Shown in pieces: positions 40,767 to 53,624 of a DNA stretch of 64,000 nt; positions within the stretch are counted from its first letter, which is position 1, and every line of letters begins with the position of its first letter. Under the pieces are notes generated by a model, which did not search any database, was not told the origin of the DNA, and worked only from the letters and a program-made list of their open reading frames with translations. The position numbers and the translations under genes are program-made. Source of the stretch: Lama guanicoe (taxonomy: Eukaryota); NCBI GenBank assembly GCA_013239625.1, contig MU053304.1:248001-312000 (forward strand), in the 5' to 3' direction.

Positions 40767-43700
40767 GAAAAAGGGATCAATACAAGAAGAAAATATTACA
40801 CATATATGCACCCAGTACAGGTGCACCTAAATATATAAAGCTAATATTAACAGACATAAAGGGAGAAACTGACAATAATACAATAACAGTAGGGAACTTT
40901 AACTCCCCACCAATATCAATGAACAGATCATCCAGATAGAAAATCTAAGGCAATGGTGGTCTAAATGATGTAATAAACCAATTGAAATAATAGATATCTA
41001 TAGTACATTGCATCCAAAATCAGCAGAATATAACATTCTTTTCAAGTACACATGAAACACTCTCCAAGGCGGACCAAATGCTAAGACTACAAAACAACTC
41101 TCAACAAATTTAAGAGGATGGAAATTGTATCAAGCATTTTTTTCTGACCACAATGGTATGAAACTAAAAATCAATTACAGAAAGAAAAATGGAAAAAGCA
41201 TAAACATGTGGAGACTAAACAACATGCTACTAAAAACCAATGAGTCAACGAAGAAATCAAAGAGGAAATAAGAAAATATTTCAAAACAAATAAAAAGGAA
41301 AACACAACTTTCCAAAATCTATAGGATATGGCAAAAGCAATTCTAATAGGAAAATTTATAGCAATACATGTCTTCCTTAAGAAATAAGAATCATCTCAAA
41401 TAAATAACCTAACCTACCATTGAAAGGAATTAGAAAACAAAGAACACACAAAACATAAAATCAGCAAAAGGAAGGAAATAATAAAATCAGAGAGGAAACA
41501 AATAGAGACCAAAAAACAAAAAAAACAAAAACCCAAAAAACAAAAGACCAATGAAACCAAGAGCTGGTTTTCTGAAAACATAAACAAAATGATAAGCCCT
41601 TGGCCAGGCTAATCAAGAAGAAGAGAGAACCCAAATAAAATAAGAAATAAAAAAGGAGAAATAAGAACCAACACCACAGAGATACAAAAATCATAAGAGA
41701 ATATTACAGTTATTTGCCAACAAACTGCACAACCAAGAAGAAATGGACAAATTTCTATAAACATACAACCTGCCAAGACTGAATCAAGAAAAAACAATGT
41801 GAACAGACTGATCACTAGTAGTGAAACTGAATTTGTAATTTAAAAAAGAACTCCCAGCAAACAAAAGTCCAGGACCAGATGACTCCACAGGGGAATTCTA
41901 CCAAACATGTAAAGAAGAGGTAATACATATCCTTAAGGCTCAAACTATTTCAAAAAACTGAAGAAGACAGAACACTCCCAAATTCATTCTACAAAGCCAC
42001 CATTATCCTGATACCAAAATCAGACAAAAGACAATGACAACAACACCAACAAAAAGGAAGTAAGAAAGAAAATTACAGGCCAGTATCTTTGATGAATAGA
42101 AATGCAAAATTCCTCAATAAAATGTTAGCAAACTAAATCCAACAAGATATAAAAAGGATCACACGCCATAAACCGAGATTCATTCTAGGAATACAAGGAT
42201 GGTTCAATATTTGCAAATCAATCAATGTAGTATACCACATCAACAAAAGGGGGAAAAAATCACATGATCATCTCAATAGATAAAGAAAAAGCCCTTGACA
42301 AATTCAGCATCCATTCATGATTTAAAAAAAAAAAAAGACAAAAAACAAAAAACTCTCACTAAAGGGGTATAAAGAGAACATGCCTCAACACAGCAAAAGC
42401 CATTCATGTCAAACCCACAGCCAACATAATACTCAACGATAAAAAGCTGAAAGCCTTCCTGATAAATTCAGGAACAAAACAAGAATGGCCACTCTTATCA
42501 CCTCTATTCAACATAGTATTGGAATTTCTAGTCACAGCAATTGACCAGAAAAAGAAATATAAGGCATTAAAATTGGAAGGGAAGAGTAAAACTGTCACTA
42601 TTTGCAGATGACATGATACTAGATAGAAAACTGAAGTCTCCACAAAAAAAGCTACTAGAAATAATAAAGAACTGAGTAAAGTTACAGGATGCAAATTATT
42701 TGTATAGCTGTATAGTTGTTTTCTAAACACCAATAATGAACTATCAGAAAGAGAAAAAGAAGTCTTGCTTACAATTGCATCCAAAAAGAAACCTAGGAAT
42801 AAACTTAACCAAGGAGGTGAAAGACCTAACCTCTGAAAACTACAAAGAATTGATAAGAAATTGAAGATGATACAAAGAAATGGAAAGATACCCATGTTCT
42901 TGGATTGGAAGAATTAATATTGTTTAAATGACCATACTACCCAATATAACCTACAGATTAAATGCAATTCCTATCAAAATAACAATGGTATTTTACACAA
43001 AACTAGAACAAACAATTTTAAAATTTGTATATAAACACAAAAATCCCCAAATAGCCAAAACAATCTTGAGAAGGAAGAACAGATCAGGGAGTATCATGTT
43101 CCCTGACTGGACTATACTACAAAGCTACAGTAATCAAAACAATATGGTACTGACCAAAAAAGACACATAGGTCAATGGAACCAAAAAAGAACCCCAGAAA
43201 TAAACCCACACACTTATGGCCAATTAATCTATAAAAAAGGAGACACGAATGTATAATAAAGAAAACGATCTCCCCAATAAGTGGTGCTGCGAAAACTGGA
43301 CAGCTACATGTAAAAGAATAAAATTAGAACATTTCCTAACACTATATACAAAAATAAACTCAAAATGGATAAAAGGCCCAAATGTAACATCAGACACTAT
43401 AAAACTCCTAGAAGAAAACATAGACATAACAGCCTTTGACAAAAATTGTAGAAATATTTTTTTCATCTGTCTCCTAAGCAAAAGAAATAAAAGCAGAAAT
43501 AAATAAATGGGACCTAATTAAACTAAAAAGCTTTTTTTGCACAGCAAAGGAAATTACTGAGAAAATGAAAAGACAACCTACTGAATGGGAGAAACTATTT
43601 GCAAATGACATCACCAATAGGGGATAATATCCAAAATGTACAAACAGCTCATATAACTCAGTATCAGAAAAACAAACGACTCAACTGAAAAATGGGCAGA

Positions 43701-44024
43701 AGACTTGAATAAACATTTTTCCAAAGAAAACATACAGATGGCTAACAAGCAGCTGAAAAGATGCTCAACATCACTGTTAGAGAAATCCAAATCAAAACCA
43801 CAATGAGATATCACCTCACACCTATCAGAATCCCTAACATCAAAAAGTCTACAAATAACAAATGTTGGTGAGGATGTGGAGAAAAGTGAACTGTTGCTAG
43901 GAATGTAAATTGGTGCAGCCACTGTGGAAAATAGTATGGAGATGCCTCAAAAAACTAAAAATAGAACTACCATATGATCTGGCAATCCCACTCCAGGGTA
44001 TATATATATTCAAAAAACAAAAAT

Positions 44025-44158
44025 TCTAAAAGAATATGAAAATGAATATATATATATGTTCATGTAAGACTGAAGCAATGTGTTGTACACCAGAAATTGA
44101 CACAACATTGTAAACTAACTATGCTTCAATAAAATAAATAAATAAAATTTAAAAAAAC
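44025..44158 (+). mobile_element. Second nested L1 3'-end insertion in the long L1
   Basis: aagaatatgaaaatgaatatatat...ccagaaattgacacaacattgtaaactaactatgcttcaataaa plus A tail interrupts contiguous ORF2 text. Confidence 0.8.
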
Positions 44159-44619
44159 AGTAATTAGAAAAGATACACACATCCCACTGTTCATAGCAGT
44201 GTTATTTACAATAACTAAGATATGTAAGTAACCCAAGTGTCCATTAATATATGAATGCATAAAGAAAATGAGACAGAAATACACACAATGGAATATTACT
44301 CAGCCATAAAAAAGAATGAAATTCTGCCATCTGCAACAACACGGATGGCCTTAGAGGGTATGCTTAGTGATATAAGTCAGATAGAGAAAGACAAATACTG
44401 CATGATGTCACTTATATGTGGAAACTAAAAAATAACACAAACAAACATATATAACAAAAAAAAGAGAGACTTACAATTAAATGGAGTGTAATCTATAAAC
44501 ATATTGAATCACTATGCTATATACCTGAAACTAATATAATATTGTAAATCAACTATACTTCAATTTTATAAAATTTTAATAATAAAAATAAAATAAATTT
44601 AAAAACAAATTGGGTTAAC

Positions 44620-46600
44620 AACTATAAACTCCAAGGGAAAAAAATTACCTGAAGATTCTGAAGAGTAAACAAAAGAGACAGATTACTGGGAGGAATAGAA
44701 GTTTAGAGACATGACTGGCACTGAAATGAGTTTCATGTGTTTGCTTTTCTGTGGGTCTTTTTGGACGGGTGGAGGAACAGGGGTAGTTTTGCCTAAAGGG
44801 CAGGCCACAGTCACAGGAATGGTTCAGTACAGGCAGCTAAAACTTCAAGAGAAATCCCACAGGCTGCCTGGCCAGGAGAAAGGGACAGAAAACTGGGCAA
44901 CCACAGCTGGCCACCAGTAACAATCTGTAAGAAAACAGAGCTGAAGAAGGGACTCTTCCAATTCTTATAAACATTGTACAAGTCTCAGGCTGACCCCTTA
45001 CACAGTATCATAAAGGCTTAAACAAGTAAACTCAGATTTGAACCTACAGGAGACAAGATTTATAGTCTGAGCCTAATAAGGCTGAGACTAAAGGCCAATG
45101 AAATCAAAAACATAACATTCTTCAGCAGAATTTAAAACAATTCAGAATTACAAAAGACACTATTAACTACATCCAAGACACGATCCAAAATTATTTCACA
45201 TACAAAGGATCCAGAAAACTTGACCCATTCTAAAGTGGAAAAGATTAACACAAGCCAATCTCAAAATGACTGAGAGGTCAGAATTATCAAACAAGGATTT
45301 TAAACCAGCCATGATTACTATGCTCATTGAGATAAAGGAAAAGACACTTGAGTGACTGAAAAGATAGGAAATCTCAACAGAGAAATAAAAATTTACTTTA
45401 GAAATGAGTATTTTAAAACTGAAAAATACAATACCTGAAATTTAAAATTAAGTGGATGAGCTTAACAGAAAAATAGAGATAAAGAGGAAACATCAATGAG
45501 CTTAAATTTATCAATACAAATTATACAGTCTAAAAAGCAGAGAAAAAAGATTGAACAAAGAGATGAACAGAGCCTTATGGACTTTAGGGACAACATCAAA
45601 AGACCAAACATAAAGGTACTGGAGCCCTAAAAGATAAAGATAGAATGAGTCTTTAAAAAGTAGAATAAATAATGACCAAAACACCCCAGATTTGGTGTAA
45701 AAAGACATAAATATATAGATTCAAGAAGCTCAGTGAACGTCAAAAAGGGAAAATTCAAAGAAAACTACATATAGACTCATCATAACCAAACTGCTGGAAA
45801 CCAGAGACACAGACAAAATTTAAAGCAGCCAAAGGAATGTGATCCACTACATAGAAGGGAATGTATTCAATGGCAGCAGATGTCTTATCATTTCTTATCA
45901 TCTTCTTTCAAGGCATCCAGAAGACAGTGGAACACTGTCAGCACTCCTAAAACATCTTTTTATCATCTTCTTTTGTGACACCCAGAAGACAGCAGAACAA
46001 CTTCTTTAAAAAGCTGAAAGGAAAAACTATCAACCCTGAGTTCTATATCCAGCAAAAATATCACACAAGAATGAAAGCCAAATAAAGACATTTTTCAGAT
46101 AATGGAGAACCAAGAAAATCTATCACCAGCATTACTGCACCACAAGAAACAACAAAGGAAGTTCTTTAGGCTGAAAGGAAATTTTGATATCAGAGCAAAA
46201 ACTGGATCCTCAGAAATGAATGTTAAGTATTGGAAATATTTAATGTACATAAATTATACCTCAATAAAGTAGTAAAAAAAAATTAAGGAAAATTATTTCT
46301 AACCTAGAATTCCATATGAAGCAAAACTAAAACTCAAGTGTAAGGGTAGAAGAAAAGATATTTTCAGGTGTACAGATCTAAAAAAAGTTTATGTATTTTT
46401 TCCCTAAGAAGCTACAAAAGAATGTGCTCCACTAAAATAACAAAAGTAAACTAAGAAAAAAGATGACATGGGATACAATGAGGGAGAAACATAGAACAAA
46501 AGAAGTACAAAGGTAACTTTCAAAAGAAAGAAAAAGAGACTCCAAGATGGCAAATACACCAGGCATAAGAGGCAACTGCTAGATTAGAGGACAACGATCT
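44620..46600 (+). mobile_element. Older L1M 5'UTR/ORF1 fragments
   Basis: A-rich ORF1-like text (atagattcaagaagctcagtgaac; attctatatccagcaaaaatatc-like at ~46040 and ~46310). Confidence 0.75.
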
Positions 46601-47169
46601 AGATTAGAGCAGTATCAAGAGGCAGATTGATATCACCAAGACCCCTGCTACTAATGTCATTATTGTCATTTTAACCCAAAGCAGAAAGCCGGAGTGAGCC
46701 CAGTCTGCTGCTTCTTCTTGGCTCAACTTGACCATATGATGAAGTCTTTATTCACCCTGCAGCAACTTGATTCAGCTGAAGCCATTCATTTCTCCACACA
46801 GAAGTGTTCTACTTTGATCAAGTCATGAGGTTGTGAATTAATTATACGATAGATTATGCATAGTATGCTTCCTTTTATACAACAAAGAAAAAACAAGACT
46901 TACACACAAACATATGCTTATTTGCACAAAAAAGACTAAATAGTAAATTAGAACTAGTGTGAATAGATAACTACAGGGGGTAGGTGGAAACAGGGTGAAG
47001 GAGGAAGGTGAAAACTGGGTAAAAGAAGTGTATATGGAGTTCACATTTCACTGTATATGCCTTTGTGTATGTTCTGACTTTCATATATTCAAAGAAAGGA
47101 ACAAAAAATAAGAATGGGGGAATAGCCTAAAATGCAGTGCAAACAAAAACAAGTGATCCTAACTATGTT

Positions 47170-47309
47170 TGCTTGTTTGTTTGTTTGGGGGGGGGTGGTA
47201 ATTAGGTTTTCACTTATTTAATTATTTTTTAATGGAGGTACTGGGGATTAAATCCAGGACCTCGTATATGCTAAGCAAGCACTCCACCACTTGAGCTATA
47301 CCTTCCCCC
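47170..47309 (-). mobile_element. tRNA-derived SINE (Vic-1-like)
   Basis: Reverse complement of ggggaaggtatagctcaagtggtggagtgc...gtcctggatttaatccccag...acctaattacc, with a (TTTG)n tail. Approximate TSD aactatgtt/aattatgtt. Confidence 0.88.
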
Positions 47310-47319
47310 AACAATTATG

Positions 47320-49290
47320 TTGAAAATGAAAAATACAACATATTGAAGGCACAGGAGAAAAGAACTAATCCAAGTAACTTCTAAGCACATTATTTAAGTA
47401 AACTCTAAGGCTCAAGACAAAAAAGAAGTGTAAATAGACATTAAATTCTAATTAATAGGTTTTTCACAGAGGTATGAGTCAGCAACTTTAAAACTACTTT
47501 CTGTATATTCTAGCACTGAATAAATAAGTAAATATTTGTTTACTTATTCTTACTATTATGGATAATAGGAGACAAGTGTGTCAACATTGGAAAGAGAAAC
47601 AGAAAGTGGAAAGGCTAGAATAAACCCTACAGTATAGAAATGGAACTGGAGGTATCACTAATTCAATGATTCATAATACAGATAGAGAAACAGATGTGTC
47701 CATATACACACACACAAAAATATATATATACACAAGTATGTATGTATATATTCCTACATTACCTAGCTGTCTTCTAAGAGGGCCTAGAACCAGTGATATC
47801 CTGGTGGCAACAAGCATATCTAGGGCCCAGAACTCAGTGTCTAAATACCATTCACCATTAAAAGTAACCAAGGCTCCTTAGGAAAATGGCCAATTCTGAG
47901 ACTGCAGAAAGGAAAGTACAATTTGAGCCTAGAAAAAGAGCTGGTAAACTACAGCCCACAGGCCAAATCCAATCAGCCACCTGTCTTTGTAAATAAAGTT
48001 TTATTGGAACACAGCCATGCTCATTCATTTCTAAACTGTCTATGGCTGCTTTCCTGCTGTGAGGGTGGAGTTAAGTAGTTTCAACAGAGACCATAGTGCC
48101 CACTAAGCCAAAAATACTATCTGGCCACTTAGAGAAAAAGTTTGCCAAGCCCTGGCCTAGAGTATCTTGTTGTTCCAGAAAGTAAGGACTAACACTCAAA
48201 AAGTGATGGGGACATGTCAAAAGTTCACAGAAGCCAGTTTAAAAGGCTCCTAGTGGCCAAATATATGACAATTTAAGTATCAAAAATTTTAAATGGTAAC
48301 AGTTTATAACCCATTAAATAAGAATCCATGAATTCATACTGATAAAGACAAACAAATAAATAAAACGGAAGAAGCTCTCCTTACACTGGAATCCCAAACA
48401 ACATACAAAAAAAGACGGAATTAGAAAATCATCATCATAATTAATTCATGTTCATCAATGGATGTTAAAACTAGTGGTCGAAAGTTTCAGGAATAATACA
48501 ATATTAAATAGTCTCAAAATATCCTCAAAGATACTTATTAAAAACAAAGATAAAGCATATCCTGACAGTGAAGAAATCTGGCAGACCACCATAACTAAGT
48601 GATAAAAGTAAACAAACTGTAATGGAACAAATCAACATCATACGCCTTCTGATACAATACACCAAGAAAAACACGGCACTTGTGAAACACCAATTAGAAC
48701 CAAACCAAGAGATATGCTATAAAATAACTGGCCTATAATCTTCAAAAATGTTAAATTCATGAAAGGAAAAACCGTTCCACATTAAAGGAAACTAAAGACC
48801 CGTGACAACTCTATGCAACTTGTGATCCAGGAATTCCTTTATCTTTTTTAATACAATTTTTAAAGGTTACTTTTCATTTACAGTTATTACAAAATATTGG
48901 CTATATGTCCCATGTGGTACAGTACATCCTTGAGCCTAACTTACACCCAATAGTTTGTTCCTCCCACTCCCCTACCCCAGGATTTTCTTTTCATATAAAC
49001 GATGTGATTGGGAAACTTGAAGATATGTGAGTAAGATTTATAGATGAGCCAATAGCATTATACTGATGTTAGTTTTCTGATTTTGATCGCTGTAAAACAA
49101 TTATAAAAGAGAAAGGCTTTGTTTTGAGTGTTTGCAACTTACTCTCAAACCGCTCAAAAAAAAAAGAGGTCAAGTGGGGAGGGCTGTTAAAATAAATGTG
49201 GTACAAAGTTAATGCTGGGGAATCTGATAATAGTACAGAGTAATTCTCTGTACTATTCTCGCATCTTTTCTGTTGGTCTGTAATTATACA
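47320..49290 (+). mobile_element. L1MC-like 3' region with nested MER58 and a short minus-strand L1 3' end (~48838-48978)
   Basis: ctagggcccaga...tctaaataccatt...ccaaggctccttaggaaaatggc and gaagaaatctggcagaccacca...aagtgat are old L1MC 3'UTR phrases. Confidence 0.65.
47935..48154. mobile_element. MER58A-like hAT element with 8-bp TSD
   Basis: gtaaataaagttttattggaacacagcca core, terminus gtttgccaagccctg, TSD gcctagaa / gcctagag. Confidence 0.88.
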
Positions 49291-52200
49291 TTTTCAAAAA
49301 GAATCCAAGTCTTTAATTATAAAATCATATCTGTTTATTGAGCTGTATTTTTCTCATACTAAAGAACATTGCCAACAACTAACAATATAACAATATTAAA
49401 ACACCCCCTAACATCATACAAATGATATACTAAATAAAAGAAGTTCAAATAATCACTTAAAGGATATGTGGTCTACAAGATCATTTCATCCTGCTTCATA
49501 TGGGCCAAGAGATTTATTAGCTGCAAGCTCAAATAAAGTGATCTCAAATGAGAGTTATGTCAATAAAAACACTGCCTCTCAACAGGTCAGAAGTGACTTT
49601 ACTTACTTATATTTTACAAAATATTTTGAGGATTTAAAAGATTAAATGTCCTGAAAGGGACAACAACCCAGCACTTTTTGCAAACACAGCTGTTGGTTAA
49701 AGCTCTTGAGAAAAGAAAAGCTTTGGAATGAGAATCAGTTGTAGGAAGAGATAATGGTTATAAAATACTAAGAAAATTTTGGAATCTTTTTGTATGAATC
49801 TCCATAATAGCTGACTTGTCTCTAAACATGTACTTCATTACTATATCCTAGGGACGCTTCAGGCCCTGGGCACAGAGCAATAAACACAAGACCAACAAGA
49901 TCTCTATTCTCATGGTACTTACAACCTAGGGGGCGGAGAAGCCAATAAACAAGTCAAGAAACAAGGCAGTGAAATAGAGAGATGAGCTAGTGACAAATGG
50001 GATGGGGAAAGAGAACACTACTTTTAGCTTTGTGATTAGGAAAAGCCTCTACTGAGGAGATAATTCGGAGGTAAGATCTGAATGATAAAAACTCAATGTG
50101 TGGGTCTCAGGGTATGGCCTTTTTGGCAGAGGAAATGACAAGAGCAAAGACAACAAAAGAGAAACCATCTAAGCATGTTCAAAGAAATTTTAAGGGCAGA
50201 GGGCCTCATTAATACTCTTAGTGTAGTAAATGATACCAAAGAATTGTCAATTCTGTATCAGGTGTGATAATGGCACTGTGCCTCTGTATGACAATCTCCA
50301 TACTGCATATGTACATGTATGTATAAGTGCAATAAATGATGTCAGGGGTTTCTTTAAAATATTAGAGCAAAGGAAAGAGAAATTAAAAAGGGAGAATAAG
50401 GCATATGTGAAAAAACTCTTGAATTTGGTAAATGGGCTTGATGAATTACTCTCGCTAGTTTTTATGTGTTTGAAATTTTTCATAATAATTTTAGAAACTC
50501 CATAGAAGAGAAACTTCATGCTAAAAAGGGCAGTTCCTCATACCGTCTTTCCTTTACTTTACTACTCCATCTCAGCTCTTACCTCTTCAGTTCTGTCTCC
50601 TGATCACCTCATCTGAAGAGCTACAAAGGAGAGCATTAAGGACAGGTACACACTAGGTAGGTCCTAAACTCTGGCTGAGTCCAGTTTCTAGGACAAACAG
50701 AACTAATCTACCTAAGGCAGGGTTGGAACCCAGAGAGAATTAAGAGAATATTAAATAAATAGCCACATACTGATAAACATGTCATTCTTTCTGAGGCAAA
50801 CAGGAATGGCCTGGACTACGGACAATCCTCCCAGAGATTAAAAAACACAATAGGCTTCTTCCCTCTCCATTCCTTGGAGAATGCTCTGGCGAAGATCTCC
50901 AGATTGTGAAATCCCACTGTCAGTTTTCAGTCTTGATCTCACTTGACCTTGCTGTAGCACTTGAAACACAGTTAAACATTCCCCCTCTTCTGGAGATTCT
51001 CTACTTCCTTGGCAGACATGACAGTAGTACTAAAGATGCCGGTCAGTACTCCTTCCTTTAAAGGACAAGGCTCATATGAATGGTCCCTCCCGAGTGATGG
51101 CAAGAAACTTTTGTCCCAGGTGACCAGTTCCAAAGGAACCAGGAGTGGGTCACTAATCCAACAATCTATGATCTGTATAATGATGTGTCAGAAACTTCTA
51201 TTTCTGGTAACACAGTGGAGCCAATATTCTGAAAAACCTTCTGATACTAAATTACCACAACTGATGAACAAAATATTATCAACCTGAGAACACAGTGGGC
51301 TCTTAAGAGAAAAAAAATCTCCAGAAGCTAAAAATCAAGTGAGAGCTAGAAACTAGAATACATAGAAGCTGAGGCTATAGGGACCCTGGGAGCAATATCC
51401 TGGTGTCAGTATCGAAGAGCTTTATAGTTTCAAGTGGCAGGACAGATAAAGCTAAAGCCCTGACCATATGAAATGTAGACAAGTGGAGATCAGCCCCACT
51501 GCAAAAAAAAATCAAGACCTTTGAGGAGCAACCAACTCAGTGAAAATGTAGACTAGGAAAAAGATATACCTACTGATGAAGAAAAGCAATCAAGAAACGT
51601 GTCTGTTTTGACCTGGGCTCCAAATGCGGGCAAAGGAGAGTTCCCCCAGAAGATTCATAAACACAGACCTGCACTCATGCAGTGCAGTCACGCTAACCCA
51701 AATCATACACACTAACTTAAAGTGACCCTAGGTTGGTAGTGTCCCAGGATGCTGGCTGAATAGAAAAAAACCAGAACTCAGAGCTCTCAGAACTATTCAC
51801 TTCAGAATATTCCCACAGTCAGAGCCTGGCAATTGATTACAAAACATATGAGGAAGACAGCCATCATAACTGAGACTCACACACACACAAATAAAAACAT
51901 GGTGCAAAGTAATTTTGGGTCATAAAAATGACAAACACAATTATGTTAAAACTATAATGTGCATAAAGAAAGAAAAGAAAAAATAAAAACAGTGAAAGCA
52001 GCTTACAAAAAGACACTGAACAGAACTTTCAGAAGTAAAAAGTCACTAATGTTGGTGGGTAATTTTATAGGTAAATAAAATACTAGACTTTTTTTTTCCT
52101 CTTGAGTTTTTAAAATTACATTAAATGGTTAAAAGCAGTATATTGTCTGATGTGCTTCTCAATGTATGTAAAGGAGATATTTAAGACAATTAATTAGAAA

Positions 52201-52679
52201 GTAGGGAGGATAAAGGGGCCTAAATGTGGTAAGTTTCCTACATTTCATCTGAAGCGGTAAGATATCAGTACTAACAGATGATAACATAGCAGGGATGTCA
52301 ATTCTACCCAAATGGATATTGAAATTCAACATAATTCCTATCAGAATCCCAAGATTTCTTGTAGATATAGACAAGCTTATCTAAAATGTATACAGAAATG
52401 CAAAGTAACTAGAATAAACAAAATAATAAGAAAAAAAGAATAAAGTTGGAGAAATACACTGCCCAATTTTAAGCTTTAAAGAAATCAAGCCAGTGTGATA
52501 TTTTCACAGGGTCAGACATACAGACTAATGGAGTAACTTAGAGAAACCCAGAAATAGACACACAAATATGCTCAACTGATTTTTGACAGAGATGCAAAAG
52601 CACCTCAAGGGAGGAAAGATAGCCTTTTCAACAAATGGTGCTAAAGCAACTGGACATCAATAGACAAAAACAAACCTGA

Positions 52680-53624
52680 TTTCCACAGTAGCTGCACCAA
52701 ACTGCATTCCCACCAGCAGTGTGATAGGGTTCCCTTTTCTCCACAGCCTCTCCAGCATGTCATTTGTGGATTTTTGAATGATGGCCATTCTGACTGGTGT
52801 GAGATGATACTTCATTGCAGTTTTGATTTGCATTTCTCTGATAATTAGTGATATTGAGCATTTTTTCTTGTGCCTATTGATCATTTGTATTTCTTCCATG
52901 GAAAATTGCCTGTTTAGGTCTTCTGCCCATTTTTGGATTGGGTTGTTTGTTTTTTTTCTTATTAAGTCGTATGAGCTCCTTATATATTCTGGAGATCAAG
53001 CCTTTGTTGGTTTCATCGTTTGCAAAAATTTTCTCCCATTCAGTATGGAGATTCCTTCAAAAAGACACCTGCACCCCAATGTTCATAGCAGCACTATTTA
53101 CTATAGCCAAGACATGGAAACAGATGTCCACCAACAGATGACTGGATAAAGAAGATGTGGTACGTTTATACAATGGAATATTATTCATCCATAAAAAGTG
53201 ACAACATAATGTTATTTGCAGCAACATGGATGTCCCTGGAGAATGTCATTCTAAGTGAAGTAAGCCAGAAAGAGAAAGAAAAATACCATATAAGATCACT
53301 CATATGTGGAATCTGGAAAAAAAAAAACAGAAACAGGCTAATAGACATACAATACAAACTTGTGGTTGCCAAGGGGGTGGGGGGTAGGGACAGACTGGGA
53401 TTTCAAAATTTGTAGATACTGACAGGCATATGCAGAATAGATAAACAAGATTATACTGTATAGAACAGGGACGTATATACAAAATCTTGTGGTAGCTCAC
53501 AGTGAAAAAAACAATATGATAACGAATACATGCATGTTCACGTATAACTGAAAAATCGTGCTCTACACTGGAATTTGACACAACATTGTAAAATGACTAT
53601 AACTAAAAAAAAAAAGTTAAAAAA
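52680..53624 (+). mobile_element. Young L1 with 5' inversion (minus 52680-53040, plus 53041-53624), nested in an older plus-strand L1
   Basis: ORF 52657..52899 (-) and ORFs 52938..53141 and 53155..53415 (+) are consecutive ORF2 C-terminal peptides on opposite strands. TSD aaacctga at 52672-52679 and 53625-53632. Confidence 0.92.

Larger units (their letters stand above)
38348..44600 (+). mobile_element. Near full-length, inactivated L1 (5'UTR, ORF1 from ~39488, ORF2 ~40360-44420, 3'UTR and A tail)
   Basis: GC-richer 5'UTR starting ...caggatggcagagtaggaaga. Endonuclease-like IYAPSTGAPKYIK (ORF 40742..40939). RT TTTGCAGATGAC (FADD) at 42601. Many stops and frameshifts. Degenerate flanking repeat ttaaaatcaaaagtggg / ttaaaaacaaattggg. 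Confidence 0.93.

Noticed and set aside
42404..42895. 163-aa hydrophobic ORF on -
   Set aside because: Antisense reading of A-rich L1 ORF2; the F/L/S richness is compositional.
46736..46780. Box C (ATGATGA) and box D (CTGA) snoRNA-like motif pair
   Set aside because: Only ~45 nt, antisense to the host gene, and no terminal stem.
47523..47548. Hairpin aataagtaaa-tatttg-tttacttatt as a pre-miRNA
   Set aside because: A 10-bp AT-rich stem inside an L1 remnant, too short for a miRNA precursor.
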